DNA of 64,000 nt from an uncultured Chromatiales bacterium (GCA_964388275.1 CAYLZD010000020.1:3232-67231), one strand, 5' to 3'. Counted from the first letter of the stretch, positions 39,201-48,113 are shown. Translations and numbers: made by a program. Notes: a model not told the origin generated them from the letters alone.

Positions 39201-39462
39201 AAACCAGTCCGTCCGCGAAAATGCAATGTTTCCCCGAACCGCGGGGCCATTCGAAGCCCGCGCCGTCGCTCCCCGGATTATGCGCGGCGCTGCCGTTGCT
39301 GGAAAACCACATAAAAATGTTGTTGACGGAAACGGAATCGAAAACATCGTTTGTCAGCGATGCCACGGGGGATGTTTCCGCCGGCGCCACGGGACTCTGG
39401 CCCGCGGATTCGCCCGAATGCAACAGCAACAGTAAAACGATACAGCCCGGAATTCCTTTCAT
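36208..39462 (-). CDS. Large secreted protein of unknown function with T9SS-type CTD
   Basis: Signal peptide; GFEWPRGSG N-terminal region; FDDGLHGDGSAGDFVYS motif; CTD AHPNP..WFDALGKAV..SAGIYHL; start set at MKGIPG. Confidence 0.82.
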   Translation of the reverse strand: MKGIPGCIVLLLLLHSGESAGQSPVAPAETSPVASLTNDVFDSVSVNNIFMWFSSNGSAAHNPGSDGAGFEWPRGSGKHCIFADGLVYAGKADGEFRAGGATYRYGWQAGGIESDGEAADPSDPAFRIYKARRITRAEFDVLPPREQERLRRDFTEWPAGGGAPIFDEDGNGQYDPDFNAWLSDSSAGDKPLYPGDEALWFVSNDLDPTRTATLYGTPPVGLEIRTMVWAFRNPAPLDNAVFVKHTLINRGASDFEDVYFARWTDPDLGDGLDDLVGVDTTRNMAFVYNGRTRDGGYGDPPALGIRMIQGPIAPESGATARFGAGLREGFRNLPITAFTFYINSDAVYRDPNLGTPYGAAQLYNNMQGRLFAGGSHVDPHTKTPTNFPLAGDPATGAGWIDGDVHQPSDRRMLLSSGPFTMARGDTQEVVYAYLVAQRPLLREEIVELRKASDILQLCHDNPACENILPEISHEIVYFHTDSSELIVRAALLNSSSARAIVRDKQGIEIARFMLFDDGLHGDGSAGDFVYSASWITPRRHAGVDFTVEAGYDGDKRMEWPGGVCIPLAGQVSARLHRIESDHLNFDGAANPGENVRFSAAVRNSTPFDAGAVKVYARDFEPRRPEFIETPFVSSNSETVRPYDPFDELSYLSFDVPAAATDGEIFLLPVSINDTVNNCWCDTLELAAQAFASPPADSLTRHISGPGTGALGYRVVDRGAMKDHTYVVHIEGEETDAQRYVTIEDATDARVLLTRRPLPSLYAHEMPVVDGWKLTLGTANSNWLDYDADPIWRLEEEMLSVEYMPSGNKWFIDYIPFGTGHAWGWGTRTGLMELYAVALVFDPSSPQKAYGYLRGGTPNYGCTGYHEIPVSAWDIRDPSSPRRIELAFVEQLGGPRANNTWDPRAAADREYLFVLDAPYTGQPDPDLLSAALLDDAKSIPIMYAGWVYAKDSASTFTKGDSLILRPTVPVTYRDTFVLNPLGPISSVTREARAAEFTIGSAHPNPLHLSGINNGMLSLSVSGAVAEQLTVRWFDALGKAVKSQLAWVRADGTLLLDAPRRVSAGIYHLVLETGRFRTSTRVAVLP

Positions 39463-39613
39463 TTTGCCCTGCCCTGGGATGGTGAAGAGACCTGAATGCC
39501 GATCTCTTGACACTGCAACGGAGAGTCGGTTACATTCGCCCGAAGTTTCTTCGATGATTCGCGCTTGTTTAGATTGCCGGAGGACGAGTCCGTACTCGGC
39601 GCATTAATCATCG

Positions 39614-40264
39614 ATGGATACGCAATATATGAAGACACCCAAAAGACGCGGATCCGGGCCGTACACCGTGGGCGTAGCCGGAGGCAGCGGCTCGGGCAAG
39701 ACGACCTTCGCGCGCATGATCGCCGAGCGGCTCGGATGGGACATCGTGCTGCTGTTCCAGCATGACGCGTACTACAGGGAACTTCCGGGGCTCTCGTATG
39801 ATCAGCGTTCCGCCGTCAACTTCGATCACCCCGACGCGCTCGACGCTGAACTCTGCGCCGCTCAGCTGGAAGCGCTGCGCGGAGGCGCCAGCGTGCGGCA
39901 GCCCGTCTATGATTTCTCGACGCATCTCAGAAAAGCCGAAACGCTGCGACTCGATCCGAAGCCCGTCATAATCGTGGAGGGCATACTCGCGCTTTCGGAC
40001 GCCGGTCTGACCCGGCTGATGGATCTCCGAGTTTTCATGGACGCCGAAGAACACGTCCGCTATTCGAGACGCCTCGGGCGGGACGTCCGGGAGCGCGGCC
40101 GCACTTCCGAGTCCGTCCGCATGCAGTGGGAAGCCACCGTTCAGCCGATGTATGAGCGTTTCGTCGCTCCTTCGGCGAAACGCGCGCATCTGCTGGTCCC
40201 TTCCGGCGAGGGAAACGACCTCGCCGCCGACATTCTCACCGCGTTTATCATAACGATGCTTTGA
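39614..40264 (+). CDS. udk: Uridine kinase
   Basis: GVAGGSGSGKTT, QHDAYY, NFDHPDA, PVYDF, IVEGIL, RDVRERGRT. Confidence 0.95.
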   Translation: MDTQYMKTPKRRGSGPYTVGVAGGSGSGKTTFARMIAERLGWDIVLLFQHDAYYRELPGLSYDQRSAVNFDHPDALDAELCAAQLEALRGGASVRQPVYDFSTHLRKAETLRLDPKPVIIVEGILALSDAGLTRLMDLRVFMDAEEHVRYSRRLGRDVRERGRTSESVRMQWEATVQPMYERFVAPSAKRAHLLVPSGEGNDLAADILTAFIITML

Positions 40265-40277
40265 AGCGTCCCGACTC

Positions 40278-41003
40278 CTATTCGCCCTTCCTCCCTATCA
40301 CGCCGAAATATCCCATCCATCTTCGCCCGCCCTGCTTCAGATACACGTCGATTTCGTGTTTGTAATGTTTCACGAGAGCCTTATGCTGTTTGAAACCCTC
40401 GAATCCCGCGCCAGCGATTTTCCGCACGTCGCCGGTGAATTGAGTGTAGAACGGTTCCAAATGCTCTGTCGCGTCGTGAATCGACGTATCGGTGAATCCG
40501 GTTTCAGCCGTCAGTTCGAGCAATTCGCCGACGCTGAGCACCGAATACTCCCGGGATTCCCAGACGTCGCGCACGTAGGTCGGCGCAGCCGCTTCCAGCC
40601 AGACGGGTGTGGTGAGCAGCAGGGCGCCCCCGGGTTTCAACACACGGCGCGCCTCTCGCAGATGCTTGCGCTTGTTGTAGGAAGACAGCAGTCCGTCGGA
40701 AATCACCACGTCGATAGATTCCCGCGCGGGGTCCAGAGAAAGCGGCGACATGGATCGGAACGACACGCGGCCATTGAAATCCCCGGCCTGCGACTTGCAG
40801 AACAGCAGGGCTTCGGCGTCTTCATCTGCGGCCATGATTTTGCCGGGAAAAATCCCGGCCGTCGCGAACACGTTTTCTCCGTATCTGCTTCCAATGTACA
40901 TGAGCAGGGAGTCCTGTGTTTTCAAACCGGCGGGCAATGCGGACAGCAGCCTGCGAATGAGTCCAGGTCCGCCGGGGGTGAGATTGAAAGGGTGCTTCTG
41001 CAT
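40278..41003 (-). CDS. Class I methyltransferase-like protein with divergent motif I
   Basis: TPGG, DVVISDG, EARRVLKPGG, W; SAM motif reads YIGSRYG. Confidence 0.7.
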   Translation of the reverse strand: MQKHPFNLTPGGPGLIRRLLSALPAGLKTQDSLLMYIGSRYGENVFATAGIFPGKIMAADEDAEALLFCKSQAGDFNGRVSFRSMSPLSLDPARESIDVVISDGLLSSYNKRKHLREARRVLKPGGALLLTTPVWLEAAAPTYVRDVWESREYSVLSVGELLELTAETGFTDTSIHDATEHLEPFYTQFTGDVRKIAGAGFEGFKQHKALVKHYKHEIDVYLKQGGRRWMGYFGVIGRKGE

Positions 41004-41024
41004 CGAAGGTCCGCGGGAATGGTT

Positions 41025-41909
41025 TCAGCTCCGAGCCACAAGTGTCTCGCGGAGGAATCTGCTGATCGATACCAGGCTTCCGATCAGTCCCAGCAGGCCG
41101 CCGATGAGCACCAGGAAAAAATAAAAGGCGAAGTCGATGTTGAATGAGAGCAATAGGTCTTCTGAAATTGGTTCGATGAAAAATCCGAAGGAAATGCCCA
41201 GCAGTATCGAGGCCAGCACACCGCCGACCGCGCCGTGAAAAACGCCTTCGAGCACGAAGGGCATCCGTATGAACATGGAGGTGGCGCCGACCAGCTTCAT
41301 CGTCCTGATGATACCCCGCTTCGCCTCTATCGTGAGACGTATGGTATTGGCTACGAGAATGACCGCCGAAAGCCCGAGCACTATGCCGATGAAGAGGGTC
41401 GCGTAGCTGAAAGTCCGGGCGCGGGTGTCGATCAGCGCGAGAAACTGCTTCCGGTAAACGACGTTGTCGACGCCGCGTATCGCTTCCGCCTTCTTCGCGA
41501 TGGCTGCTATGCTGTCGGCGTTGTCGTAGCCCTGGTGTATTCGGAGCCTGTATGAAGCCGGCAGGGGATTCTCGTCCAGCAGGTCCCTGTAATCCTCGCC
41601 GAATTCCTGTTTGAAAATTCGGGCCGCGTCTTCCTTGGATACATAAGTGACCTCCTCGACGCCTCTGACGGCCTTCAGTCCGGCCCCTATCTTCCGGTGT
41701 TGATCCGCGTTGAGGCCGTTTTTCAGAAACGCCTCGACTTCCACCCGCGCGCGGATTTCATCCACCATCTCGCTGAAATTCATTGTTATTATCGTGAACA
41801 CGCCGAGCAACAGCAGCGAAATGCTCACCGTGAAAATCGTGATGAGCGTCGCAGCCCTGTTTCTTCTGAATCCGGCGAGGCTCTCCTCAAGGGTGTATCG
41901 GAAGCTCAT
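41025..41909 (-). CDS. ftsX: Cell-division permease FtsX
   Basis: N-terminal TM, periplasmic YVSKEDA..NPLPAS, NTIRLTI..R..I..MKLVGAT..FIRMPFVLEG. Confidence 0.92.
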   Translation of the reverse strand: MSFRYTLEESLAGFRRNRAATLITIFTVSISLLLLGVFTIITMNFSEMVDEIRARVEVEAFLKNGLNADQHRKIGAGLKAVRGVEEVTYVSKEDAARIFKQEFGEDYRDLLDENPLPASYRLRIHQGYDNADSIAAIAKKAEAIRGVDNVVYRKQFLALIDTRARTFSYATLFIGIVLGLSAVILVANTIRLTIEAKRGIIRTMKLVGATSMFIRMPFVLEGVFHGAVGGVLASILLGISFGFFIEPISEDLLLSFNIDFAFYFFLVLIGGLLGLIGSLVSISRFLRETLVARS

Positions 41910-41989
41910 GGGGCTTAATCTCGACTAAACCTATGTCTTTTGCCATGCAAAGGCAAGCGTAATCGGGATTTGACTGCTATATTGCCGCT

Positions 41990-42760
41990 ATGAATGATTA
42001 CACTTTTGAAAGACTGCTCTTGATAATGAAACAATTGCGGAGCGAATGTCCCTGGGACAGGGCTCAGACTCACGACTCCATCAAAGGGCACACCATTGAA
42101 GAGGCGTACGAGGTCGTGGAAGCCATCGACCACGGCAATTTCGAGGATCTGAAGTCGGAACTGGGCGACCTTCTGCTGCATGTCGTTTTCCACGCGGAGA
42201 TCGCCGAGGGGGACGGCCGCTTCTGCATTTCGGATGTTCTTGCCGGCATCATTGAAAAACTCATACGCAGGCATCCGCACATTTTCGGCGACGTGAAGGT
42301 CGACGGGGCGGACGACGTCAAGCGCAATTGGGAACAGATAAAGCTCGCTGAAGGACGGGATTCGATAATCGACGGCGTGCCCGCCGTTCTGCCCGCTCTC
42401 CTGAAAGCGCATCGCGTCCAGGAAAAGGCTTCGAAAGTGGGTTTCGACTGGCCTGATCAGGAACAGGTGTGGGACAAGGTACGGGAAGAGATGGAGGAAC
42501 TCCGCGAGGCGGTCGGCCGGGCTGAGCCGGACAGGGACGGGATCGAGGAGGAATTCGGCGACCTTCTCTTCGCTCTCGTGAATTACTCGCGATTCGTGCG
42601 CGTCAATCCGGAAGATGCGCTGCGAAAGGCCGTGGATAAATTCTCGCAGCGCTTCAGGCACATCGAGAGACGGATGCGGGAAGAGGGCATGGACATGCGG
42701 AATTCCACGCTCGAGGAAATGGACCGTTACTGGGAGGAAGCCAAGAACCTGCGGCTCTGA
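41990..42760 (+). CDS. mazG: Nucleoside triphosphate pyrophosphohydrolase MazG
   Basis: CPWDRAQTH, EEAYEV, ELGDLL, KLIRRHPHIF, second EEEFGDLLF domain. Confidence 0.95.
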   Translation: MNDYTFERLLLIMKQLRSECPWDRAQTHDSIKGHTIEEAYEVVEAIDHGNFEDLKSELGDLLLHVVFHAEIAEGDGRFCISDVLAGIIEKLIRRHPHIFGDVKVDGADDVKRNWEQIKLAEGRDSIIDGVPAVLPALLKAHRVQEKASKVGFDWPDQEQVWDKVREEMEELREAVGRAEPDRDGIEEEFGDLLFALVNYSRFVRVNPEDALRKAVDKFSQRFRHIERRMREEGMDMRNSTLEEMDRYWEEAKNLRL

Positions 42761-42805
42761 AGCGGCGCCAGGCGATGTCCTCTTTCAGCCGAAATCCGAA
42801 GCCGT

Positions 42806-43951
42806 TCAAACGCGCCGACCGGCGAGGGAGAGCGCCAGCTCCGCAACGCGCGAGGACGCTCCCGGCGTCCCAAGTTTATCCCGCACCGCCAGGAGGCGCG
42901 CGCGCATGCCTTCACGAGCCTCAGCGCTTGCGAAAAAAGGTGAAAGCGCCTCTGCCAGGGCCTCGGCGGTCAAGTCGCTCTGAACGAATTCCGGGGACAC
43001 GGTTTCTCCCGCGAGTATGTTGACCATGCCGATGTTCCGGACCGTGATAAGTCGCTTTCCGATCTGGTAGTTCAGCCATCCGGTCCTGTACACTACCGCC
43101 ATGGGCGTTCCGTAGCAGGCCGTTTCCACGGTGGCCGTGCCGGATGTCACCATGGCGGCATGCGCATGCTGCATGAGGCCGTGTGTCGCGTTGCGCAGTA
43201 GCGCAGCGTCTTCATGGCCGCGCAGATGAGGCAGGTAATGGCTGTCCGGAAGCCGCGCCGCGCCAATCGCCCTCGCGCAGCCGTGGCGCTGCGAGAGTAT
43301 GCGCGACGCTTCGAGCATGACCGGGAGCATGCGTCTGACCTCCTGGGCGCGGGACCCTGGGAGCAGCGCGAGAATAGGACGCTCGGGAAGCCCTGTTGAT
43401 GCCAGGAATGCGCCGCGGTCGATTTCGGGCAGGATTTCCATGAGCGGATGGCCGACGAAGGTCGATGGGATGCCGAGTCTCCGGTACATCTCCTCCTCGA
43501 ACGGGAAGGCGACCGCGATATGGTCGACAAGTTCCCTCATAGCGGCCGCCCGCTTTCCGCCCCATGCCCAAACCTGAGGGCTTATGTAATACAGCACCGG
43601 AATGCCCGCTGCTTTCGCCGTGCGGGCGAGCCGCATGTTGAAGCCTGGGTAATCGATGAGTATCAGGGCGTCGGGCCGCCTGCGCAGCAGTTCATCGCGG
43701 CAGCGTTTCAGCATCGCGCGCAGAAAAGTGAAGCGCCGCGCCACTTCGATGAAGCCCATCACGGATGTGTCCCTGACGTGGTACAGGCATTCGCAGTCCT
43801 CGCCTTCCATCAGATCTCCACCGATGCCGAAAATGCGGACTCCCGGCGCCCGGTTGCGCAGAGCGGCCGCAGCTCGCGCGCCGTACATGTCGCCCGAGCT
43901 CTCGCCCGCAACCATCATGAACGACGGTCCGCCGTTTATCTGAACAGCCAT
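42806..43951 (-). CDS. lpxB: Lipid A disaccharide synthase
   Basis: AGESSGDMYG, IDYPGFN, YYISPQVWAW, FPFE, VGHPL, LLPGSR, SGTATVE; start set at MAVQIN. Confidence 0.95.
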   Translation of the reverse strand: MAVQINGGPSFMMVAGESSGDMYGARAAAALRNRAPGVRIFGIGGDLMEGEDCECLYHVRDTSVMGFIEVARRFTFLRAMLKRCRDELLRRRPDALILIDYPGFNMRLARTAKAAGIPVLYYISPQVWAWGGKRAAAMRELVDHIAVAFPFEEEMYRRLGIPSTFVGHPLMEILPEIDRGAFLASTGLPERPILALLPGSRAQEVRRMLPVMLEASRILSQRHGCARAIGAARLPDSHYLPHLRGHEDAALLRNATHGLMQHAHAAMVTSGTATVETACYGTPMAVVYRTGWLNYQIGKRLITVRNIGMVNILAGETVSPEFVQSDLTAEALAEALSPFFASAEAREGMRARLLAVRDKLGTPGASSRVAELALSLAGRRV

Positions 43952-44508
43952 ATTGCGACAATCACGGCGATGATCAGCGCGAAAGCTTGAAGCGTCCTGG
44001 CCTCCGATTGGCGGCCGGCCCGCCAATCGGGTTTGGTCTTCCGGGCGCCCGGCCATGGTGAAAGCCGGAACATGAAGCGCGGAACCGCGGCGCAATAAGT
44101 CCGGTATTCGTCGCCGAAACGCTGTATCAGAAAGCGCTCCTCCTCGCGGACGATCAGCGAGTACTGTATCGAGAAAAACACCAGGGCGGCCAGCGGCAGC
44201 CAGGGCATGAGAGCCATGGACATGACGCCCACTCCGAGATACATCATGATGTTTCCTAGATACAGGGGATTGCGCGTGTGCGCGAAGGGGCCGGCGGTCA
44301 CAAGACGGCTGGCGCCCACCTCGCCGGTGACTCGAGTTTCCGCTCCCACGTGCAGCACGCCCCAGGCCCTCAACGCTTCGCCTGCGAGGGCGAGGACGAA
44401 GCCGGACGCCAGGCTCGCGAGGGTGGGCCGCGCGAATATCAACATCACCGTCAGGAACGGAACAGGGGTGTAACCGCGGTATTTGAAGAACAAGGCGCTG
44501 GCGTTCAT
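43936..44508 (-). CDS. Isoprenylcysteine carboxyl methyltransferase (Ste14/ICMT) family membrane protein, LmtA-like
   Basis: FFKYRGYTP, GEALRAW, LVTAGPFAHTRNPLYLGN, EERFL..FGDEY..Y...VPRF; overlaps the lpxB start. Confidence 0.85.
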   Translation of the reverse strand: MNASALFFKYRGYTPVPFLTVMLIFARPTLASLASGFVLALAGEALRAWGVLHVGAETRVTGEVGASRLVTAGPFAHTRNPLYLGNIMMYLGVGVMSMALMPWLPLAALVFFSIQYSLIVREEERFLIQRFGDEYRTYCAAVPRFMFRLSPWPGARKTKPDWRAGRQSEARTLQAFALIIAVIVAIWLFR

Positions 44509-44543
44509 TAGCGCAAACTAATATCGAAAGGGAGCAATGCCAA
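44509..44543 (-). promoter_or_regulatory. Sigma70-type promoter, apparently leaderless, for the ICMT-lpxB operon
   Basis: Minus strand TTGGCA, 17 nt, TAGTTT, 6 nt, ATG (44508). Confidence 0.55.
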
Positions 44544-44671
44544 GAGATCCCGCATGATACCGGTGCGTCCGCTCGCGTTTCCATTCACGCTGAGGACCGG
44601 ATTCGTAATTTCGGAGGATTGCTTATATTGCCTTGTTGAATGTCGCTCAGCGCGAAGATCACGCACCGCAC

Positions 44672-45421
44672 ATGATTTCCAATCCGGGCAGATTGCAAAA
44701 GAAAACCGACGACAGGCTTCGACGCGGACGCCTTCTTTTCGAGGGACACACGAAACGTGTGTTCGAGACGAGCATTCCCGACAATGTCCTTCTCGAGTTC
44801 AAAGCGGAATTCTCCGGCCTCGATGAGAAACGAAGCGCCTCCGCTCCGCGCAAAGCGGCGCTTATGAACGACATCGCCGCGCACATCTTTCAATATCTGC
44901 AGAGCTTCCGCATACCCTCTCACTTCATTCAGAAACACGACGAGACGCAGTTGCTGGTGGCGCGGCTCGACATGATCCCTCTGGCAGTTGTCGTCAGAAA
45001 CATCGCCGAGGGATCGCTCTGCGGGCGGTACGGAATCGAAGAGCGGCGGGAGCTGGAGTTTCCGGTTGTCGAACTCATTTACCGCAACAGTCAACTCGAT
45101 TATCCTTTGGTAAACGAATCGCATCTGCTGGCGTTCGGCGTGTCGACGCCCGAGGAAATCCGGACCACGGTGCGCATCGCGACCAAGGCCAACGCCGTGC
45201 TGCGCTCTTTCATGGAGCGCCGCCGTCTGCGCCTCGTCGACATGTGGATGGAATTCGGGCGGAAAAACGGCGAGATACTGCTTGGCGATGCGATCATTCC
45301 CGACTCCATGCGCCTTCTCGACACCGAGACGGACGAACTGCACGACGGCGCGATATTCAGATTGGGCATAGGCGATTATCAGAAAGCTTACCGGGATTTG
45401 CATCAACGACTGCTCTCCTGA
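44672..45421 (+). CDS. SAICAR synthetase (PurC) homolog with degenerate active-site motifs
   Basis: Aligns end to end with PurC (VVVRN..GSL, P.VNESH, LVD..EFG, LLGD, PD.RL.D) but many invariant residues are changed; start may be 44633. Confidence 0.8.
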   Translation: MISNPGRLQKKTDDRLRRGRLLFEGHTKRVFETSIPDNVLLEFKAEFSGLDEKRSASAPRKAALMNDIAAHIFQYLQSFRIPSHFIQKHDETQLLVARLDMIPLAVVVRNIAEGSLCGRYGIEERRELEFPVVELIYRNSQLDYPLVNESHLLAFGVSTPEEIRTTVRIATKANAVLRSFMERRRLRLVDMWMEFGRKNGEILLGDAIIPDSMRLLDTETDELHDGAIFRLGIGDYQKAYRDLHQRLLS

Positions 45422-45431
45422 CGGAATTCAG

Positions 45432-46130
45432 ATGATACTTACGAAATACGGGCTCGACGTGGCAGTGCCGATCCTCGTCGTCTCCCTGGTGATGATAGCG
45501 GGAGCGTTTTTCATAACAAGCCTGCCGTTCAAGATCATATTTATTGCTCTTGGAGCCGCCATTTTCCTTTTCACCGCCAATTTTTTCCGCGATCCCGAGA
45601 GGCTGACCCCGCCGGATGAAAATGCGGTCGTTTCGCCCGCCGACGGCAAAGTCGTGTCGATCTCGGATGTGGAAGAGCCGGTTTTCATTGGCGGAAAGGC
45701 GAGGCAGGTGTGCATATTCATGTCACCGTTCGATGTGCACGTCAACCGTTTCCCGTCGACCGGCCGCGTGGGGTACTTCAGGCATATCGACGGCGCGTAT
45801 ACCGTGGCTTTCGCCGAGAAGTCCTCCGAGGTCAACGAGCGCACGCTGATTGGGCTGGAGACGGCGCACGGTCGCCTGCTGTTCAAGCAGATAGCCGGCT
45901 TCGTTGCCCGCAGAATCGTGTGCAAGCTCAATGTGGGTGACAAAGCCGTCGCCGGCGAGCGTTTCGGCATGATAAGGTTCGGATCGCGCGTGGATGTGCT
46001 CATGCCACCCGGCGTGGAAGTCGAAGTGTCGATTGGCCAGCGCGTCAAGGCGGGGGAAACCGTGATCGCGCATTTTTCGAAGCCGGGCGCCGCGAAGGCA
46101 ATTACGGACAGCGAAGGATCGACTCGGTGA
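45432..46130 (+). CDS. psd: Phosphatidylserine decarboxylase proenzyme
   Basis: FFRDPER, VSPADGKV, IFMSPFDVHVNR, QIAGFVARRI, FGSRVD cleavage site. Confidence 0.95.
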   Translation: MILTKYGLDVAVPILVVSLVMIAGAFFITSLPFKIIFIALGAAIFLFTANFFRDPERLTPPDENAVVSPADGKVVSISDVEEPVFIGGKARQVCIFMSPFDVHVNRFPSTGRVGYFRHIDGAYTVAFAEKSSEVNERTLIGLETAHGRLLFKQIAGFVARRIVCKLNVGDKAVAGERFGMIRFGSRVDVLMPPGVEVEVSIGQRVKAGETVIAHFSKPGAAKAITDSEGSTR

Positions 46131-46918
46131 GAATCCGACTCAGCCGATCGATCATTCCGAACCTTTTCACGGTTCTGAACATATACTTCGGCTTTTTGTG
46201 CATCGTGTACGCGTTTCATGGGCGTTACATGCTGGCGGGAATGTACGTGATATTGTCGGCGCTTTGCGACACGCTCGACGGCATCATGGCGCGACTGACG
46301 CATTCGGCCAGCGAGTTCGGCGTGGAATTGGATTCGCTCGCAGATGTGGTCAGCTTCGGCGCCGCGCCGTCCGTTCTCGTTTACCAGCTTTTCCTCCGCG
46401 ATCTCGGCCCCTTCGGCATGTTGCTGGCCGCCGCTCAGCTCATCTTCGGCGCCCTCAGATTAGCGCGTTTCAACGTGCAGCTGACGGGTCTTCACAAGGA
46501 GTATTTTACCGGAGTGCCCATACCCCTGTCGGCTCTGACGATCGTTTCCTTCATGTTCTTCTTCACCCCGGCAGCGATAGATCCCGCGTCCGCGTCCGAT
46601 CCGACCCTGCGCCACGTGTTCATCGGAGTGATAATTTCCTGCGGACTTCTGATGGTCAGCACCTTGCGCTATCCGGTGCTCCCGAAGCCCGGTTTGCGAA
46701 TGTTGCGTGAACATCCGATCCGCGCATTGATTTTTCTTGCCGCCGCCGCCGCTGCCGCGGTGTTTCAGGAGAAGGCGCTGTTTCCGATATTCGCCGCGAT
46801 CGTGCTGTCGGGCATTGTGAGAGCCGCGGTGGTGCGCATCGGCGGCGGCGCCCGTCGCAGACACTCCCAGAAGGAGAGCGAGGCGGGCAGCCCTGTACCT
46901 CTTGACACCAATCCTTGA
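46127..46918 (+). CDS. pssA: CDP-diacylglycerol--serine O-phosphatidyltransferase
   Basis: IPNLFT, DTLDGIMAR, GVELDSLADVVSFG, ALRLARFN; follows psd. Confidence 0.92.
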   Translation: MRIRLSRSIIPNLFTVLNIYFGFLCIVYAFHGRYMLAGMYVILSALCDTLDGIMARLTHSASEFGVELDSLADVVSFGAAPSVLVYQLFLRDLGPFGMLLAAAQLIFGALRLARFNVQLTGLHKEYFTGVPIPLSALTIVSFMFFFTPAAIDPASASDPTLRHVFIGVIISCGLLMVSTLRYPVLPKPGLRMLREHPIRALIFLAAAAAAAVFQEKALFPIFAAIVLSGIVRAAVVRIGGGARRRHSQKESEAGSPVPLDTNP

Positions 46919-46926
46919 GGATTCAT

Positions 46927-47184
46927 ATGCTCTTTCAAGCTTCCGTCACAGTCACGCGCCGGCCAACGATACTCGATCCGGAAGGCAAGGCCATCGAACA
47001 CGCGCTGCATGAGCTCGGATTGAATTCATTGTCGCAGGTCCGTGTCGGCAAGCGAATCGACACACGGGTGGAAGCGGCTGACGAGGCGGAAGCGCGCGCC
47101 GCGCTCGTAGAATCGTGCAGAAAACTGTTGGCAAATCCGGTGATGGACGACTTCGTCATCGAGTTGACGCCCGTGGAGGCCTGA
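46927..47184 (+). CDS. purS: FGAM synthase subunit PurS
   Basis: [24 protein letters not shown]. Confidence 0.92.
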   Translation: MLFQASVTVTRRPTILDPEGKAIEHALHELGLNSLSQVRVGKRIDTRVEAADEAEARAALVESCRKLLANPVMDDFVIELTPVEA

Positions 47185-47185
47185 C

Positions 47186-47914
47186 ATGCGACCTGTCCGT
47201 TTCGGAGTCGTCGTATTCCCCGGTTCCAACTGCGATCACGACGCCTATCACGCCGCGAAGCACGCGCTGGGCCAGGACGCGGAATTCCTCTGGCACAGGG
47301 ATGTATCGCTTCGAGAAAGCGATGTCGTGATTTTGCCGGGCGGATTCTCATACGGCGACTATCTCCGCTGCGGTTCGATAGCGCGCTTCTCGCCCATAAT
47401 GAAAGAAGTCATACGATTCGCAGAAGACGGCGGCTACGTCCTGGGCATCTGCAACGGTTTTCAGATTCTGTGCGAGTCGGGTTTGCTGCCCGGCGCGCTC
47501 CTGAGAAACGCGTCGCTGCGTTTCGTCTGCCGCCGAGTGCATCTCCGCGCGGAAAATCCCCGAACGGCCTTCACACGCGCGCTGTCTCCCGGCCGTGTCC
47601 TCTCGATTCCCATTGCGCATGGAGAGGGAAATTACTATACTGACACCGATACACTGGCCGAATTGAACACCCGCGGCCAGGTGCTTTTCCGTTATTGCGA
47701 CGCGGAGGGCCGAGTCACCGGCGAGGCGAATCCGAACGGCTCCTGCGAGAATATAGCAGGGATAATGAACCGGCGGGGCAATGTCGTGGGCATGATGCCG
47801 CATCCGGAACGAAGCATGGAAACCATTTTGGGTTCGGTGGATGGAAAAGGAATATTTCAGTCAATGATCGACACGATCACAGGCGTCATTCAGAACGCCA
47901 AAGGCAAGGAGTGA
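47186..47914 (+). CDS. purQ: FGAM synthase glutaminase subunit PurQ
   Basis: [38 protein letters not shown]. Confidence 0.97.
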   Translation: MRPVRFGVVVFPGSNCDHDAYHAAKHALGQDAEFLWHRDVSLRESDVVILPGGFSYGDYLRCGSIARFSPIMKEVIRFAEDGGYVLGICNGFQILCESGLLPGALLRNASLRFVCRRVHLRAENPRTAFTRALSPGRVLSIPIAHGEGNYYTDTDTLAELNTRGQVLFRYCDAEGRVTGEANPNGSCENIAGIMNRRGNVVGMMPHPERSMETILGSVDGKGIFQSMIDTITGVIQNAKGKE

Positions 47915-47918
47915 CATC

Positions 47919-48113
47919 ATGTTCGGAAATATAGGCACAGGCGAAATAATTCTCCTCCTGGTCATCGTTCTGGTGTTCTTCGGCGCCAGGAAAATTCCGG
48001 AACTGGCGCAGGGTCTCGGGAAAGGGCTCAGGGAATTTCGCAAAGCGACGAAGGATATCCAGGATGACATCTCGCTGGAAGACAGAAAAATCGAAGAGAA
48101 GAAACAGAACTGA
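47919..48113 (+). CDS. tatA: Twin-arginine translocase subunit TatA/E
   Basis: MFGNIG..EIILLLVIVLVFFG..KIPELA.GLGKGLREF; AGGAG SD. Confidence 0.93.
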   Translation: MFGNIGTGEIILLLVIVLVFFGARKIPELAQGLGKGLREFRKATKDIQDDISLEDRKIEEKKQN

